Positions 62,023 through 64,000 of a stretch of DNA of 64,000 nt are shown here, piece by piece. Positions within the stretch are counted from its first letter, which is position 1; each line of letters opens with the position of its first letter. Position numbers and translations under genes: made by a program. The notes beneath the pieces were generated by a model that was not told where the DNA came from, did no database searches, and saw nothing but the letters and a program-made list of their open reading frames with translations. The DNA comes from Candidatus Latescibacterota bacterium (GTDB lineage Bacteria; Latescibacterota; UBA2968), in NCBI GenBank assembly GCA_965198115.1, contig OZ240241.1, positions 6,912,001 through 6,976,000 of the forward strand. The letters are read 5' to 3'.

Positions 62023-64000
62023 TCAGTTCCCGGTGCCTCGGTCGACCCTGAGTCTTTCGATCATGTTACCAGCCTGCAGGCCGAACGCGCTGCTCGACCC
62101 AAACTTCGCCCTGATCTTTTCGAGTTCGGCGATGGCCTCGTTCGGGCGTCCCTGGGCCTCGAACGAGCGGGCACGACCCATGTGTGCGGTGGCGATCCAG
62201 TTCGTACTGCCCTGGTGGTTGTAGACGAGTTTCAGATACTCGCGGAGGGCGCCGTCGAGGTCCCCCATCAATCGATACGATTCGGCGATGATGTTTTGGG
62301 CAATCGACCAATCGTCGCCGGACAGATCCTTCAGCACGGGGGTCAGCTCGCCGATGGCTTGAGCGTGAGCGCCTTTCTCCTTGAGTAGATCGCCGATCTG
62401 GATCCGAGCCTCTCTGGCGAGTGGGTGAGACGGATAGGACTCGACGAGATCTCTGGCGTAGCCGACGGCCGAGTTATACAGACGAAGATTCCGGTGCGTT
62501 TTGTAGAGCTTTTCGAAAATCTCCGGCCGTCGATCGTGGGACAGCCCGTTGTTCAGCGCGTTGAGATACGCACGCGAGGCCCCGGCATAGTCTTCGTCTT
62601 TGCTGTAGATGGCCGCAAGCTCAAGGTTGGCCGACGACCAATGTGGACTGCGGTCGTGATTTTTGACGAATCGAACGAGCGCGGCGAAATGAGCCTCGGG
62701 GTCGTCGCCCCTGCTCAAAGCTTCGATGAGGTAGTATTCGGCGTCACCAACCGCTTCTGTCCCGGTGTAGTCCTTGGTGACCTTCGTGAGAATCTTTTGC
62801 GCGTTTTTGGGGCGATTCGCGCGGAGGTTGAAGCGACCCTCCTCGATCTTGAAACGAGCGGCCCACTCCCTGGCGCTCTTGTGCCGCTTGGCGAAGGCTT
62901 TACGTTCTTTGTTGGCGGCTTTGATCCGATCGAGTCTATACAACGAGATCACACGGTTGCCCTGACCGTCGATGTCGAGCGCCGATTCTGGAATCCGGTT
63001 GTAAGCCGACCACGCCCTGTCGTAGTGCCCCGCATCGAATTGGAGATCCGCAACCGCCCGTGTTGCGCTGGCGGCGAGTTTGCTTTTCGCGTGCGTGGCG
63101 GCGAATCGATCGAAAGCCGCGATGGCTTCGGTCGGGCGACCCATTTCTGCGAGCAGGCTCGCACGATCAAATGCCACGCTGTCGACGGCGGCGTGACGCA
63201 TGAATTTTCGCTCGAAGTCGAGGTAGACTGAGAGCGCGCGATCGTGGTTGCTCGCCCTCCGGTGAGACGCCGCTAGGCGTCGCCAAACCTCGGCGCCCGG
63301 ATTCCGGGATAGGAGTTGCTCGTCGATTTCGATCGCTTTGTCGAAGCGTTCCTGCCTGTAGTAACATTCCGCCAGCAAGACACGTACGGATTTGTCCAGA
63401 GCCAGGGAGCTGGGTGCCTCGAGCAGTTGTGCAAACTCGTCCGTGGCCGAGCGTACGAACCCCCGTTCTAGAAGGATCACGCCGAGTTGGAATCGCACCT
63501 GACTCGCGAGATCGCTGCCCGGGTAGGCGAAGGGGAAGTCCCGGAGGACGTTTTCGGCCTCGGCATACTCACGCTGCCGAGCAAGGCACCGTCCCACGCC
63601 GTAGGTGGCGCGTTCGGAGGCCGTGCTCCCCGGGTACCGACCGATGACGGTCCGGTAGAGGGTGAGCGCTCTCTTCGTCTGATCATCCGACCCCATTGCA
63701 TAGTGGGCGTCCGCGCGTCGGAGAAGCATGTAGGGACGCTGGTCGGAGTTCGGGTAGGTCTTCCCTAACCGTTCGTATGCGGAAAGAAGCGATGCCGCCG
63801 TGGACGTATCGGTCAAACCAGCAACGTGATCGAGCTCGACGAGTCGAATGGCCGCATCGTCCGCTTTGTCGTCGCCAGGTTCGCTCTTCAAGACTTCGTT
63901 GTATGCTGCCCTCGCACGGTCTTCGTGCGACTCGTAGGGTGTTCCTTCCAGTCGGCTCCGGTCGAACTGTCTCTCGAAGCTACGTCCTGCCCAGTACCAG
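62023..64000 (-). CDS. Large TPR protein (BamD/CpoB-like repeats); 5' end outside the window
   Basis: Frame stays open to the window edge; repeated YP.S..A helical units. Confidence 0.8.
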   Translation of the reverse strand, partial: WYWAGRSFERQFDRSRLEGTPYESHEDRARAAYNEVLKSEPGDDKADDAAIRLVELDHVAGLTDTSTAASLLSAYERLGKTYPNSDQRPYMLLRRADAHYAMGSDDQTKRALTLYRTVIGRYPGSTASERATYGVGRCLARQREYAEAENVLRDFPFAYPGSDLASQVRFQLGVILLERGFVRSATDEFAQLLEAPSSLALDKSVRVLLAECYYRQERFDKAIEIDEQLLSRNPGAEVWRRLAASHRRASNHDRALSVYLDFERKFMRHAAVDSVAFDRASLLAEMGRPTEAIAAFDRFAATHAKSKLAASATRAVADLQFDAGHYDRAWSAYNRIPESALDIDGQGNRVISLYRLDRIKAANKERKAFAKRHKSAREWAARFKIEEGRFNLRANRPKNAQKILTKVTKDYTGTEAVGDAEYYLIEALSRGDDPEAHFAALVRFVKNHDRSPHWSSANLELAAIYSKDEDYAGASRAYLNALNNGLSHDRRPEIFEKLYKTHRNLRLYNSAVGYARDLVESYPSHPLAREARIQIGDLLKEKGAHAQAIGELTPVLKDLSGDDWSIAQNIIAESYRLMGDLDGALREYLKLVYNHQGSTNWIATAHMGRARSFEAQGRPNEAIAELEKIRAKFGSSSAFGLQAGNMIERLRVDRGTGN

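Overview
A GC-rich bacterial chromosomal segment, mostly housekeeping genes. The gene content is loosely compatible with an FCB-group lineage such as Latescibacterota, but this is low-confidence inference. In order: dnaK (partial), sucC, gpmI, a LysR regulator divergent from acnA, a Rieske / cytochrome b / hexaheme cytochrome c / NtrC-type operon, mdh, rng-rplU-rpmA, moeA-moaC, tRNA-Lys(CTT), an HDOD protein with a GAF histidine kinase, sat, a large TPR protein, rsmB, clpP with an AhbAB/NirDL-like gene, MotE-like/serS/FlhB_C-like genes, a glycosylation cluster continuous with hisG-D-C-(enolase)-B, a phosphoesterase/DUF6504-like/uvrC/ogt/xerD cluster, and a TPR/Crp/sigma54-activator/degP cluster. 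Three IS elements (ISL3, IS256, IS630) have recognisable ends and target duplications. Main findings: (1) two paralogues of an unrecognised ~470-480 aa family carrying PilZ-like c-di-GMP motifs (RxxxR and DxSxxG) separated by ~180-190 aa; one is frameshifted at a C10 tract, the other is hit by two IS elements. (2) Three good sigma54 promoters: one before dnaK, one before the first PilZ-like paralogue, and one before an unannotated 55-aa small gene. (3) A Rieske/cyt b complex with a hexaheme cytochrome. Several frameshifts sit in short homopolymers and may be sequencing errors. All calls come from reading the sequence by eye; no database searches were run.
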